A DNA stretch of 64,000 nt from Geosiphon pyriformis uo1. Its lineage: Eukaryota > Fungi > Glomeromycota. The first letter of the stretch is position 1. Each line of letters opens with the position of its first letter. A program made the position numbers and the translations under genes. The notes under the pieces are model-generated. The model searched no databases, was not told the DNA's origin, and worked only from the letters and a program-made list of their open reading frames with translations. The stretch lies in NCBI GenBank assembly GCA_016748015.1, contig JAAOMT010000523.1, forward strand, positions 62,001-126,000, given 5' to 3'. Below, piece by piece: positions 12,942-25,707 of this stretch.

Positions 12942-14837
12942 GTGGTGACAAAAACCCCTAATCTTACTGTTTTTGAATTCTGCCATGCTATTTACACACA
13001 AAATCAAAATGATCTTGGATTACCAGAAGGGTGTTGTCCAGCAGAATCTGCCCTCACTTATTATATCAACGCCAGAATAAATTATTATATAGGAAAGGAA
13101 GAAGAACCACACAATACAAAACTTGGATTGTATAGAGAATTATCACAATACACTACAAAAGAAGTAGCAGTAATAGCCATAACTATTGTCAAAATCCATC
13201 AAGAAATTGAGCAATATGCCAACAAAAATTTTCTAATATCCACAGGAAACACTAGGGAACACGCCAACAAAACCAAAAAAAATTTAAAAACTAATCAGGA
13301 AAGTAACCAGCAAAAACTAAGAACACCAGCTCAAACACCAAAGAAAACTGTTACTCAATCAATAAAAAAACAACGTATTTATTCACCAAAAGATAAATCA
13401 TATCATTTTTCACCAGAAAATAAGATACAAATTTCATTAGGAGCTGTATCATCATCAACATCAACTCCACAAATGCCAAGAACTCCTAGTTATACTGATA
13501 AAATTAAACAACGTAACTGGAGAAACATACCAATTACAGGAGGATATTCATTACTATTCCAAAACCCTCTTTTTCAGCCAAAATTTAGAACAGGGTTTGA
13601 AAACCGTGAAGAGGAGTTTAAATCAGAATCCGAAAAAGAGACCAGCGAAAAAACAATCACAAGACCAGTCACTGGAACAAACAGCCAGTCCAGAAACCAA
13701 GAAACTTGTGATCAAGAGGAAGAACTGGATATAAGGAAAGCCACCTTTAGGAATGCTCAAAGAAATATCATCCCACTTCCTCTTAGACCAATAAGCCCAC
13801 CAGCAGAAAATGGCAATGAAATAACCACACCATACATTGTAAGACTAACAGATTTTTCAGGAGAGGAAGAAGAAACGGACATGCACACATGGCTCAGAGA
13901 AGCACAAAAAGCCATCCAGGCAAATAACTGGAATGACCAAAGAGCAATTCAAACATTACCTTTCTTCCTAAAAGGCACAGCCGACTCATGATATCAAAGC
14001 CTGGAAACAAAACCCATGAGCTTCACCAAATTTAAAAATGCACTCCTGGAGTATTTTAGTGACCCAAATACCATAATCCAACTACAGAATGAATTCAATA
14101 CTATCAAGCAAAATACTGGTGAAACTGTCACCCAATACCTTGCTCGATTCAATCGAATTCGCCATCAGATTGAAGCGATTGAACAAGGATACTACACTGA
14201 TCCTCAGGTTTTAAATCAGTTTATTAGAGGATTAAAAAGCAGTATTTTAGAAAGAGTATGCCCTGCCCACCCTAATTCCTTACCAGAAGCTGTTACACTC
14301 ACCAGAGTCCTTGAATCGGCTGAGAAAGAAGCTAATCATAGTCAAATAGTTAACATGGTAATAGAAGAAAATAAGACAGAAACATTAGAGAAAAGAGTAA
14401 CACAATTATGGGAGGAACTCTCTAAGAAAATCAAAAGTTACCTCATCCTGGATTCGAGAAAAAATACATACCAACCACCCCAAAGACACAGCCAGAAAGT
14501 CAGTGACAGTCGAAATAATCACTTGTTGCGCCAAGAATTCAGAACAGAAACGCATGCCTGCCATTTTTGCAAATGTGTAGAACATTTGATTAGTCAATGT
14601 CAAATGTGAATAATGCAGGAAGCATGTGAAAATAATTACTATGCGCCATCCCAAATGCCCAGAAACCAGTACACGCCAATACCATGCCAATATTCCATCA
14701 TGTATCAAAATCAAGGAGCTTACCAGCAACAGCCCATGATAGCCAACCCAAATTGGTATCCCAAGGCCCGAAATCAGCCCATGTGGAACCAGAACGTGTT
14801 GGTCCAGAGGAATCCAAACCATGCCAAAACCAATTAG
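12942..14837 (+). pseudogene. gag: gag of element C (N-terminal domain, capsid, degenerate zinc knuckle), with in-frame stops
   Basis: DFSGEEE..WLREAQKAIQANNW, FIRGLK, CHFCKCVEHLISQC; three ORFs in one frame. Confidence 0.9.
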
Positions 14838-17800
14838 CAAACCAATCCAAACTAACAAATTATCAACAAACTTACCTTAATATACCAGAAAAACTAATCA
14901 TTGGAAATAATGACAGTAGAAACATAAACAGAACCAAAAATTCTTCTAACAAATTGAGCCAGACAATACCACCAGCAGTTGCCACCAAAAATAACAGCCT
15001 TGCAGCTATTTTTCCTTTTGAATTAGAGGAAAACAAGGCTATGTTCAGTGGAGTAGCATTGGATGAAAAATGCCCAATTACTGCTATGTATACAGAAACC
15101 ACTGTAAACAATACCCCAATCAAGCTTATCTTAGACAGTGGATCTGCTGGAAGCATCATAACACTTCAACTAGTAAACCAACTGGGTTTCAAAGTTGATC
15201 ATGCTGCGACATCCCAAATCATAACAGCCGATAGAAGTACAAAGCTGCTTCATGGCGAAATCGACTCATTCTCTTTCGAAATTAATGGCATAATAATATC
15301 TACAAAAGTATTAGTAATAGACGCTACACAATATCAAGTGTTAGTAGAGAATGACTGGCTAACAAAAGCCAATGCCACCCTAGACTGGACCACCCAAGAG
15401 CTTCTGATCAATTATAATAGTCACCAGGCCAAAATTCCAGTCACCTGTGGCCACTTCCAAAAACCCAGCGCCAACCAAAGACCTACCTTCAAATTTGAGA
15501 AAAATTCAGCACTACCAGCCATTAAAACCTATCAGCTCTTTTGGGCTGATGACCAAAGAACAGGACTACCAGCCGTACCAACATAGACCAGTGAAGAAAG
15601 ATCCGAATAGAACCAGATAAGTTCATGAAAAAACCACCAGCAACACAGACCAAAACTAGAATGCTCAGTTTGCAAGAAGAAACTCTTGTCTATGACTGCA
15701 TGCAGCGCACCAGACGAAGACCCAAGAAACCCCACCCACTACTATTGTAACCATTGTAACAAAGAAAAATATGGTTACCCAGAAAGACATGGAAAATGAG
15801 ACGAGGAACCATGTCTTGCTTGTGGAGAACCATTATCAAGAGGGTGCGACTGGAATGACATACCAAACAGAGGAGAAACATGTGATGCAACTTGCCAATA
15901 CACAATCCTCATTTGTGACTGGGTAAGAGGAGGAATGCCATTTGAAGCAGCATTCAACAGAGCATTAAAAAGACTACAGCACTACTCACACGATGAGGAC
16001 AAGTTGTACAACACCACACAAGCCAAAGTAAGAGGAGGAACTGCCAAAGAAATATGACATTGGAAAGAGTCAGCCGAAGTAGCCGACAAAATCGCTAGCT
16101 ACAACATGTTCGACCCAGTAGACGAATTCCAGGACTACTACCAACAATTATGCCCCACTCGACAAGAGCAAGAACAATACCTCACCCAAATCAACACTTA
16201 CCTCTGCGAAAACTGTCTCATTCCATGCCAAAATCAGTGCTGTGAAGAATGTCAAAACGAAAAGGACTTAGAAAGAAAAATGGAAATTGAGAATCAGCAG
16301 TCTCAAAATCAATCAATAAATCAACAAGACTTACCTGACAGTCCCGAGTCAGAAAAATTTGTAGCCTATACCAACCTAGAACAGGTGACTAACATCTAAT
16401 ACTTTGACAATGGACACTTAGGAATAATACCCGAAAGAGCCCATCCAACCGACGCTGGATTCGATCTACGTTATCTGGAAGACCAATCCACAATGTTACC
16501 ACCCAGGAGCATCACCAAAATCAACCTAAAAATAGCAGTTGAAATTCTGCCAGGAATAATGGTTCAAATAGCATCACGATCAAGCCTCACAAAAAAAGGA
16601 ATAAGTGTTCAAGGAGAAATAATTGACTCCAGATACACTGGAAATTTGATAGTTTTGCTACAGAACAATTCAGAAAAGCCTTATACCATTGAATCTAAAG
16701 AAAAAATTGCACAAGCAATTTTTCTACTATTGGTAAAAATTGGAAAATTTGTGTCAGTGAAAAATCATGAGGAATTGTCACAAACAACAAAAGGAACTTT
16801 TGGTTTCGGATTGACAGGAAAAAGAATTGAAGTGAATTTCGCTGAAAAAATAGAGGAAAAAGGCAAAGTAATTAAAAATGAGCAGTTCATTACACTCCTA
16901 CCATATGGAAAATCAGAAATAAGAATAAAAAAGACAATTAAAGAAAAAGACCTAATATTTGAGCCCTACCCAGAAACTTGCCAACAGTTTCTCATAGGAC
17001 TTACTAACCTTTTTATTCCAGCTAATAAAGCTCAATGGATAAAAATTCCTATCACAAACGCCACAGAAGAACCCGTCTATATTTCGGAAGATACTATCAT
17101 TAGATACCTCGGAACGGAGCTAGAAAACGCATCAACACCACAAAAAATTCTAAATTTCCCAGAAATCACCCTCTACTGTAAATTTACTTCAATAAATTGG
17201 CAACAACTGTTAAAATGCTATCAATTTATGCCAGAAGAATTGGCCAAATTAAACATTGGAACAATGGATTCTGACCGACAATTAAAAGCATTAATTTTAA
17301 AATACTCTGATATATTTTCACAAAATAGCGAATTTGGAAAAACCAACTTGGTTCAACACCAAATTCCCACTGGAGACGCCAGACCTGAAAAACAATGTGC
17401 TTACTGTGTTCCACCAATGGAGCATAATTTTATTAGAGAAGAAGTCCAAAGCATGTTGGAAAAAGGAATAATACAACCATCAATAAGCCCATGGTTCTCA
17501 CCAGTTGTTTTAGTAAGGAAAAAGAATGGAAAAATTAGATTTTGTGTCAACTATTGCAAATTAAACAGCAAAACAACCAAAGACTCATACCCAATACCAT
17601 TAATTGACAAAATTTTCGACGTTTTTGGAGGAGCAAAATGGTTTTCTACACTGGACTTGACCAGTGGGTACTGGCAAGTGGAAATGGACCCAAAGGACAG
17701 GCATAAAACAACATTCACAACACAAAATGGCAATTATGAGTTCAATGTAATGCTATTTGGATTAATAAACGCTCCCGTGATATTCCAAAGACTAATGGAC

Positions 17801-18646
17801 ATAATTTACTCTGGAATCCTGTGGCAATCTGTTGTTGTCTACTTGGATGATACAAATGTTTTCTCGTCAAAATTCATGGATTATCTCCAACATTTACAAC
17901 AAGTTTTTGAGAGATTGAGACACGCTGAACTTAAACTAAATCTAGAAAAATGTTTCTTTGGGAAAAATGAGCTAGCATTTTTAAGACATGTAGTTGGAAA
18001 AAATGGAATAAAACCAGATCCATTAAAAATAGACAAAGTGAAAAATTTTCCAGTATCTCGAAACGTTTCAGAAGTTAGAAGCTTTTTAGAACTTGCATCT
18101 TACTACTGCCGCTTTGTAGAAAACTTTTCAAACATTGCCAAACCCCTTAATTATCTACTATCCAAAAATGTGAAGTTTGAATGGACTGAAGCACAACAAA
18201 AAGCTTTTGAGTACATTAGATGAAAGCTCATTGAATTACCAATAATGATCTATCCGAATTTCAACAAGAAATTCATTTTGGCCACAGATGCCTCTGGAAC
18301 TGGACTTGGAGCCATTCTGTCACAAAAAAATGATAATGAAAGAGAACATATAATTGCTTATGCCAGTAAAAGTCTCAGTATGGCAGAACAAAACTATACA
18401 GCACATGAACTTGAATGCTTAACAGTAGTCTGGAGTTGTGTTCACTTTGACACATATTTACGGTACCAACCCTTTAAGATTACGACAGATCATAGAGGTC
18501 TGGTCTGGTTAAATAACAAGAAAATGCTAAAAGGAAAATATGCCAGATGGTCACAAATGTTAGCACCATACGATTATATTATCAAATACAAAGAAGATAC
18601 CAAAAATGCTAATGCTGACTGTTTGTTAAGAATGAGACACACATAA
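14684..18646 (+). pseudogene. pol: pol of element C: aspartic protease, Cys-rich domain, dUTPase, RT, RNase H; -1 frame relative to gag
   Basis: LILDSGS (PR); RAHPTDAGFDL, IASRSSL, IIDSRYTG, KIAQ (dUTPase motifs); YLDD (RT); LATDAS, ELE, TDH (RNase H). Confidence 0.93.
16400..16820 (+). pseudogene. dut: dUTPase domain within pol
   Basis: Trimeric dUTPase motifs I-V recognisable (AGFDL, RSS, IDSxYxG, IAQ, GFGxTG-like). Confidence 0.88.
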
Positions 18647-18675
18647 AAATTACCAACCCACCTGCCACAACAACA

Positions 18676-20043
18676 ATGAACAACCACCTTTACAAAAATC
18701 TCAGCCAATACTTGGAAACACTACAAATAGACAAAAAAATGCCAATAAAAGAGCTAATTAAGCTTCAAAAATTAGCAAAACACTATTTCATCCCAAATCA
18801 CATATATTATTACTGGAATCGACAAAATCCAGATAATCTATTAAGAGTTATAACCACAGATGAAAAAGAAACTATCTTATTTAACATGCACTCAGATATT
18901 CATTCAGGCCACTTTGGAAAAACAGCAACCATCTAACATGCAACTAGCCGTTACTATTGGCCAAAAATGAGTTCAGACATAATCCAATACATAAAAAATT
19001 GTGACCCATGCCAACAAAGAGGAGGAGCAAAAACAATGGAATTATTAAGACCAATAAAAGTTGGACAGCCATTTGACAGAATCGGAATTGATTTAGTTGG
19101 ACTCTTACCAATAACAACAAGAAACAACCATTATATTGCAGTAGCCATGGACTATCTCACCAAATGGCCAGAAGCTAGAGCTATTAAAACAGCTGATGTT
19201 ATTTTCATAGCTCAATTTGTACATGAAGCCTTAATTTGCCGACATAAATGTCCACAAGAATTGCTATCAGATCAAGGCACACACTTCGTAAACAGCACCT
19301 TAAAAGAACTTAGCCAAAAATTTGGAATCAAGTGACCACTGTCATCACCATACCACCTTCAAACAAATGGATTAGTTGAAAGATTTAATTGCACATTATG
19401 CGAATCACTGGCAAAAATTAGTAATGAACATGAAAAAGAATGGAATTTGTTTATACCAGCAGTACTACTAGCATATAGAACAGTAAAACAAGATACTACA
19501 CAATTCACACTGTTTGAACTAGTTTATGAAAGAAAAGCCACATTACCAGTTGAACTTACTATCCCAACTTATCCAAGTGACACTATCACAGAAGCAACAT
19601 TTCAGGAAATACTACTTAGAAGAACATACAAATTAATGGGAACTTTAGAAAACAAAAGAAGAAAAGCAGCACAAAATATTGAACAATCACAAGAACAACA
19701 AAAAGTGAGACATGATAACCAGTTACCAGATAATATAATTAGCTACAAAATTGGAGATAAAGTATTATTGCATCGTACAAAAATGGAAAAACAGTGGAGT
19801 GGAAAATTTGATCACAAGTGGGATGGACCATTTTATATTCACAAAATACTTGGAAATGGAGCATACAAGCTAAGACTAGATGATAAAATATTAAGAAAAA
19901 CAGCACATGATAACCGGCTGAAATTCTATTACAGTAAACCAGTAATAACAACAAAAACACCCAGAATTGGAACACAATTACCTTTAATTCTACCAGAACA
20001 AATTCCACAAGATTTAGAACCAATAGTTTTAATTGAACATTAG
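18676..20043 (+). pseudogene. int: Integrase of element C (HHCC, DDE core, GPY/F), encoded as a separate ORF; no chromodomain
   Basis: HSDIHSGH..CDPC; IGID, SDQG, NGLVERFN; KWDGPF. Confidence 0.92.
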
Positions 20044-20138
20044 TCGAAAAGATAATTAATCTTAGATCACAGCAAAAATGATTTAACAACCATAAAAAGC
20101 ATACAAAAGATTCCAAAATAGCAGTCAAAATTAAAACA

Positions 20139-20807
20139 ATGATACTTATTCCAGAAAACATCAACAATATAACTCAACAATTAGTTGAAAGCTTACAACA
20201 ATTAAAATCCGATCTGGAAATCACAGTTAATAGCTCCAAAATAACATACATAAAAAGAACAATAGAAAATCCAAAAACAAGAAAAGAACATAATTTTGAA
20301 CCATATAATATTGCCAAATATAACAACAAATTTATCAGCAAAGTTATTGAAAAATTAGAAATAGCATTGGGCAATACATTAATAATGGAAGAAATAGAAA
20401 TAAGTGAATTCACACCAGACACATTTAGCAACTTGAAAACGAAATTTCCAATTAATTACTGTTATTATCAACTAGGAAAGCACTTAAACATACAAACATT
20501 ATACTCAAAAGACTCAACTAGAGTGTTTGACAAAACAACTATCCAACTATTAGAACCTTTTATTGGAAAAACCAACACTAAAAAAAAAAAAAAAACAGTT
20601 TACAGAATTTTCAAAGCATTTGAAAACTGTCACAAATTATTATTGGACCCAACCATGAACATAATAACAACCAACAGTATTGGACGACTTACCAATTTGC
20701 AATTTCAAGAATTACAACAACAAATTAATAACACAGTATTGAACCACTATAGTAACTTAAAATTTAATGAAGAAATTAACTTCAATTTTAACAGAGCTCA
20801 ATTTTAA
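20139..20807 (+). CDS. ORF3, unknown 222-aa protein in the env position, ending at the PPT
   Basis: Open frame with ATG in AAAACAATG context; homolog in element A; stop abuts the PPT. Confidence 0.75.
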   Translation: MILIPENINNITQQLVESLQQLKSDLEITVNSSKITYIKRTIENPKTRKEHNFEPYNIAKYNNKFISKVIEKLEIALGNTLIMEEIEISEFTPDTFSNLKTKFPINYCYYQLGKHLNIQTLYSKDSTRVFDKTTIQLLEPFIGKTNTKKKKKTVYRIFKAFENCHKLLLDPTMNIITTNSIGRLTNLQFQELQQQINNTVLNHYSNLKFNEEINFNFNRAQF

Positions 20808-20820
20808 AAGAAGGGGATAA

Positions 20821-21694
20821 TGTTATGGTTTAAGAATTTAGCAAAAAGAATCATAAAAATAATACAAACTATTCAATTATAATATAGCGCAGTAATAATC
20901 TTAGAAAAGTAATGATTAACATAGTAACAAACACCATCTTGCAATAGTGACAAGCACCAGTTCACAATAGCAGCCAACACCAACTGGTGATAGCAGCAAA
21001 CACCAGGTTGAAATATCAAAAAGAAAGTATTATAATGTGTTTTCTCATAGAACTACAAACATGTATATATACAGTAGTTTTAATATTAAGAAAAAAAATC
21101 AAGTAATAAAAATCATAACTTATCAAGCAATAGATCCAATTTTATTCAACAAACTCCACTTTAAATCATACTTTCAAATTAAATATCCCAAGAAACCTTT
21201 AAATCAAAAAGAAATGAAAAAGAATATTTAAAACTGAATTATTACAACCCAAAGTATTAAAAAACTTACTTGTATTATTTATTGAATGAAACTATCATTC
21301 ATCAACTGAATCTCTTAGAAGAATAATCCTTGATCAAAATTATTCACATTGTTACTAATTGATAAAAGCTTTATTGTAAGAATTAGAAAAAGCACTAAAG
21401 ACCATTAACATTCTGTGTTTCTAGATTAGAGAAACACATCAGATAATTGCAAGAATAGCCTCAGAAAAGACCCCAAACAGTGGGTAGATTTCAGTTCAGC
21501 CTCTGAGAAGGAGTACATAAACACACACAACAATCAGGAATTAAAGAATAACTTATATTGCAACATTAAAAAAAAAGCCTTCAGTATAACAGTGACTTTA
21601 TCACACAAATAGAATTGAGGAACTCACGAAAGACTGATTGCAATTAAAATGGAATATCAACAATTAAATATAACAAGAAAACCATCCTGTAACA
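20821..21694 (+). repeat. 3' LTR of element C
   Basis: Follows the PPT; followed by TSD ACAG. Confidence 0.97.
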
Positions 21695-24600
21695 ACAGTA
21701 ACTGGTAAATGACAGTGCAAAGCCTTTATGAAATAAGAATGCAAACCAGCTGTGAATTTGCTTGTGAAACCAGCTGCCATATGTAAATCAAGATGCCAAA
21801 TTGACATAGTACAAACCCAATTCACATCACCAATCATGTTTTTGTCAATAATATCAGAGCCAAATTTTATTTCCCAATGAATATAATAAACAGCCCCAAA
21901 AATTCTCCAAGCAAAATAATAAATGTTTTCAAATACTGCCACTCTACCAGCCTTAATAAATCTATTTCTAACCAGAACAAGAAGCACAAAATTTGAATTA
22001 GCAGTCAAGTCAGCCAGTTCATTAGTACACTTATTACCCAAAACACTTGAATGTCCCTTAATCTTATGTCAAGAAATATTGAATTTTTTATTCCTAATAA
22101 ATGCTATTACACTATACTGTTCTACCCAACAACAATTACAAAAGTCTGACAAAGTCAAAACCAACTTAGCAGCATAAGCATCCAAAGCAAATTTTTATTT
22201 TATTTTTTTTATATTTTACGAGTAAAGTCCAAACACTATCTAGTGCTATACATCAAAGAATTGATCTAAATTAGGTGTAAATCATGTACTTTCTACATAT
22301 GACCAACCACTTAAACCAATCAAAACAACACTATACAGCTATGTGAATTGAAACTGAGTCACTTATGTCTAAAAAAAACAAACAAGATTTACAAAAGCCA
22401 AAACAAATACCAAAAGCATTGGCAATACCAAGTAATTTGATTATCTTAGTCAACAATCCTAAGGCCAAACCAGAAACCGAAATAAGGACCAAATCATCAA
22501 GAGGAATCAACCCATTCTTCTCCATATAAGCATAATGTTTAGCACAAACTGACCAGACATTACTCTTAAAATCTAGACTAAGAGAACACACAAATTTGAC
22601 AATCTCCAAACTAGCAACTTTGAGATCATAAAAGATGGTGACTGCCTCATGAAACCAATTATTAAAAATAAAACCCTTATAAAAAGCCATGGACAAAGAA
22701 GAATTAGAGACACATGAAGACAACAGTTATAGTATGCCCAAAAAAGAATGAGAGAAACCAGAAACCACTTTTTGGGAGTCCACATAGGATTCCAATAACT
22801 GATGTCAAACAAAATCATCAATCTTGCATGAAAATACATGATCTGATGCCTCTACATTGCTACAATATAAGCACAACACACTCGGATATAGCCTATTATA
22901 AAGACACTTCCAAACAGTAACTGGCAGCTGGTGGTGCAAAGTCTTCATGAAATAAGTACATGCATTAGCTGAGGATCTGCTGGTAAAATCAGCAGCCATG
23001 TGCAAATTAGAGTGCCAAACCAAAGACAAATAGACCCAGTCAACTTCAGAAAGCAAACCATCTGCCAAAAACTTGGAACCAGAACCAACCTCCCAGTACA
23101 CATAACAAACTAAATGAAATATCATGTACAAAATGTCTGGAATTGCCAAAAACCACACTACCATCAGCCATTATGAAGTGTTTACCCAAGCAAAAAGAAA
23201 GATACCAACTAGAGAGAGAAGCATCACCAGCAATTGTGTTAACACACTCATTCCCTGAAACATCAGAGTGGCCTTTAATCTTATGCCAGCTGATCTTCAA
23301 ATTCTTACTGTAAATAACATTGACAATATGATGACGTTCGACCCAACACTAATTATGAAAGTTGAGACACACCAGACCCAATTCAGATTTATAGGCATCC
23401 AGAACAGATTGACTATCCAAAAACAATTTAATAGAGCTCAGTGAGGGGACACTCTTCAGAGCCAATGCAATAATCTGCAACTCCACCAAAGTAGATGACA
23501 TTAAACCTAACACACTAATACCCAAACCCAAATCAATGTCCTCAAAAAAAGTGGTGGCACCAGCTCTACAACCAACTGTGCCCAGATTACTAAGAAACCC
23601 ATCTGTATACACTGACAAACTGTCAGCACCAACTTGCAAGAGATAATCACAGACAAAAACAAAATTACCAGAGTCAAAAATGTTCAAAGAACCAACACCA
23701 ACCAAAACTAAGAAATAAGTAAGAAAGAAACCTCCACTATTAAGAAATACAACAGAGAGCCTGAACCACTCAGGAACAGGGCCACAAGGGTCTAATCTTT
23801 TCTAATGCTTAAAGGTGTGCCAATTAAAGACAGAACTACAATGATCATGAAGTTGATCCACAAAAACAATACCATACCATTTGAGAGAAGGAAAAAACTT
23901 GAGAAACTGTGACTCACCTAGAACAGCAGATATAGGAATTTCACCACAAAACTGAAAGGGATTGGCCAAAGAGCCACTTAGGAACAACTTGCAATCAAGA
24001 AAAATGCAAACCATGCCCACCAGAAAGTTATCAAAAGCACTGATGCAAATATACACAAAAGAACACAATGAATGAACAGGGTGCCAGCACAAAATCTGCA
24101 AGTCATAGGACCTGTGAAAGAACAAAGAACTCAGGACACCACCCGAATTTGCAAAACTAACAAGAGAGGCCATCTTGCTCTCAGACTGAACTTAAAAAAA
24201 AAACTTCAAACTATAAAAGGAAGGGTGATGAATTGTATTACTAGGAAAATTGAGAGGTAGGCCGGATTTAAACTTCAAGCCCTTATGAATCAAAGCATTC
24301 CACTTGTTGCATGTACTAACAGGAACAAAGCTGAACTGTGTTCTATAACTAACTATAGAATGAAAAACTGCCAATACTAAATATAAAAACTGCTTATCTG
24401 AAACAGCTTTTTTCAAGACCAGATTGGTAAAAAAACAAATATCCAAATTTGCCTTTGCCAAACTAAGCTTTGAGAGGCCTTTAGTTGAAAAAAAAATACT
24501 CAAATATTGATGAAATTCACCCTTTTTGGCAATGAAGATTGGCAAGCTATTAATAGAAAGAGAAGAAGTGCTAACTCTGCTATTGATAGGGATGGCCACT

Positions 24601-25707
24601 GTTTTGTTGTTATTGATAGAAATGTTATTTATCCGAAAAAATTCACTTGCAACATTGAGAATATGTTGAGTAGCTGTCTGACTACTACCAACCCAAATTG
24701 TATCATCCATGAAAGCACCAGCAGCAAAAAAAATTAAGAGCCCAGCCTGGAACTCAGCACAATCATTCCTTGAAATAAAATGAGAACTTAATCTATAACC
24801 ACACAAGCTTTTCTGTTTTTTAACTTTGCATAACAGAGGATCATAAAATATACGCCACAGAAGAGAAGAAAAAATCTCCTCTTGGTCCAAACTATCATGT
24901 ATATAATAACCATCTGTCAATCCAAAATCTGTCATTACCCTCTTGATACAATTCTTATAAATACCACCAAAAAACTGAATAAATCTGTCACACATCTTGA
25001 TCTTGATCAAACTTTTCTCGAGATGTTCCCAACTGACTGAATCATATGCTTTCCACATATCTTGCAAAACCAGCCAGAGCTTCTGATTCTTCTTTAATGC
25101 ATCTTCAACTACCGATCTAATTGCAAAAATAGAAAACTAAGTCATCATACCCTTTAGAACTGAAAAATTGTCCCTGTGAAAAATGTCGAAAGTGCTGCAT
25201 GCCAGAGAAATCTTATTAGAGAGTATCTTGGAAAGGATCTTATGAGCTGTCTTGATTAAAGCAATAAGACGGATATTTGTAAGAACACCTTTCCACTCAT
25301 ATGGTTTAAAAATCATCAAAACCCAAGCCTCTTTCCAAGATCTGGGCACTGATTTGCAAGAAAGACAAAAGTTCAAAAGCACCAAAAGTATATCCAGAAT
25401 TAATTTGTTACAATGTTTCCAAAGCTCATTTGTAATACCTGAAAGACCAGCAGCTTTATCATCAAGTAAATTGGAAATCACATCACACAGCTCACTATAC
25501 TTAACTGAATGCATTACACCAGAAAAAGTCTCATCAAAAACATAATTTAATGGCTGATATTAATGAAACTAAACATCAGAAACATTAGCAACCACACCAC
25601 GCTTCCTGGTCCATCCTTCCATAATAATGTCTATCTTAGATTTAACTAACTTGGGCTCCAAAATAAGCTTATTATCAACAACCAGGTGGTCCAAAACCAC
25701 TTTGTGG

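Larger units (their letters stand above)
11985..21694 (+). mobile_element. Full-length Ty3/Gypsy element C (family 2), 9710 bp, 4-bp TSD ACAG
   Basis: 874-bp LTRs 11985-12858 and 20821-21694; PBS TGGTGAACCCTACGAGG at about 12861; PPT AAAAGAAGGGGATAA; PR-RT-RH-IN order. Confidence 0.97.
11264..22190 (-). mobile_element. LINE-2 copy, 3' part only (RNase H C-terminus to tail), split by element C into 11264-11984 and 21695-22190
   Basis: Removing C and one ACAG copy restores the in-frame LPVTVQKYLY; poly(T) at about 11264-11274; shared 3' UTR. Confidence 0.88.

Noticed and set aside
14800-14840. Defined -1 slippery site at the gag-pol junction
   Set aside because: The frames differ by -1, but no canonical X XXY YYZ heptamer is visible in this copy
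20139-20807. Retroviral env gene
   Set aside because: No apparent signal peptide, furin site or transmembrane helix
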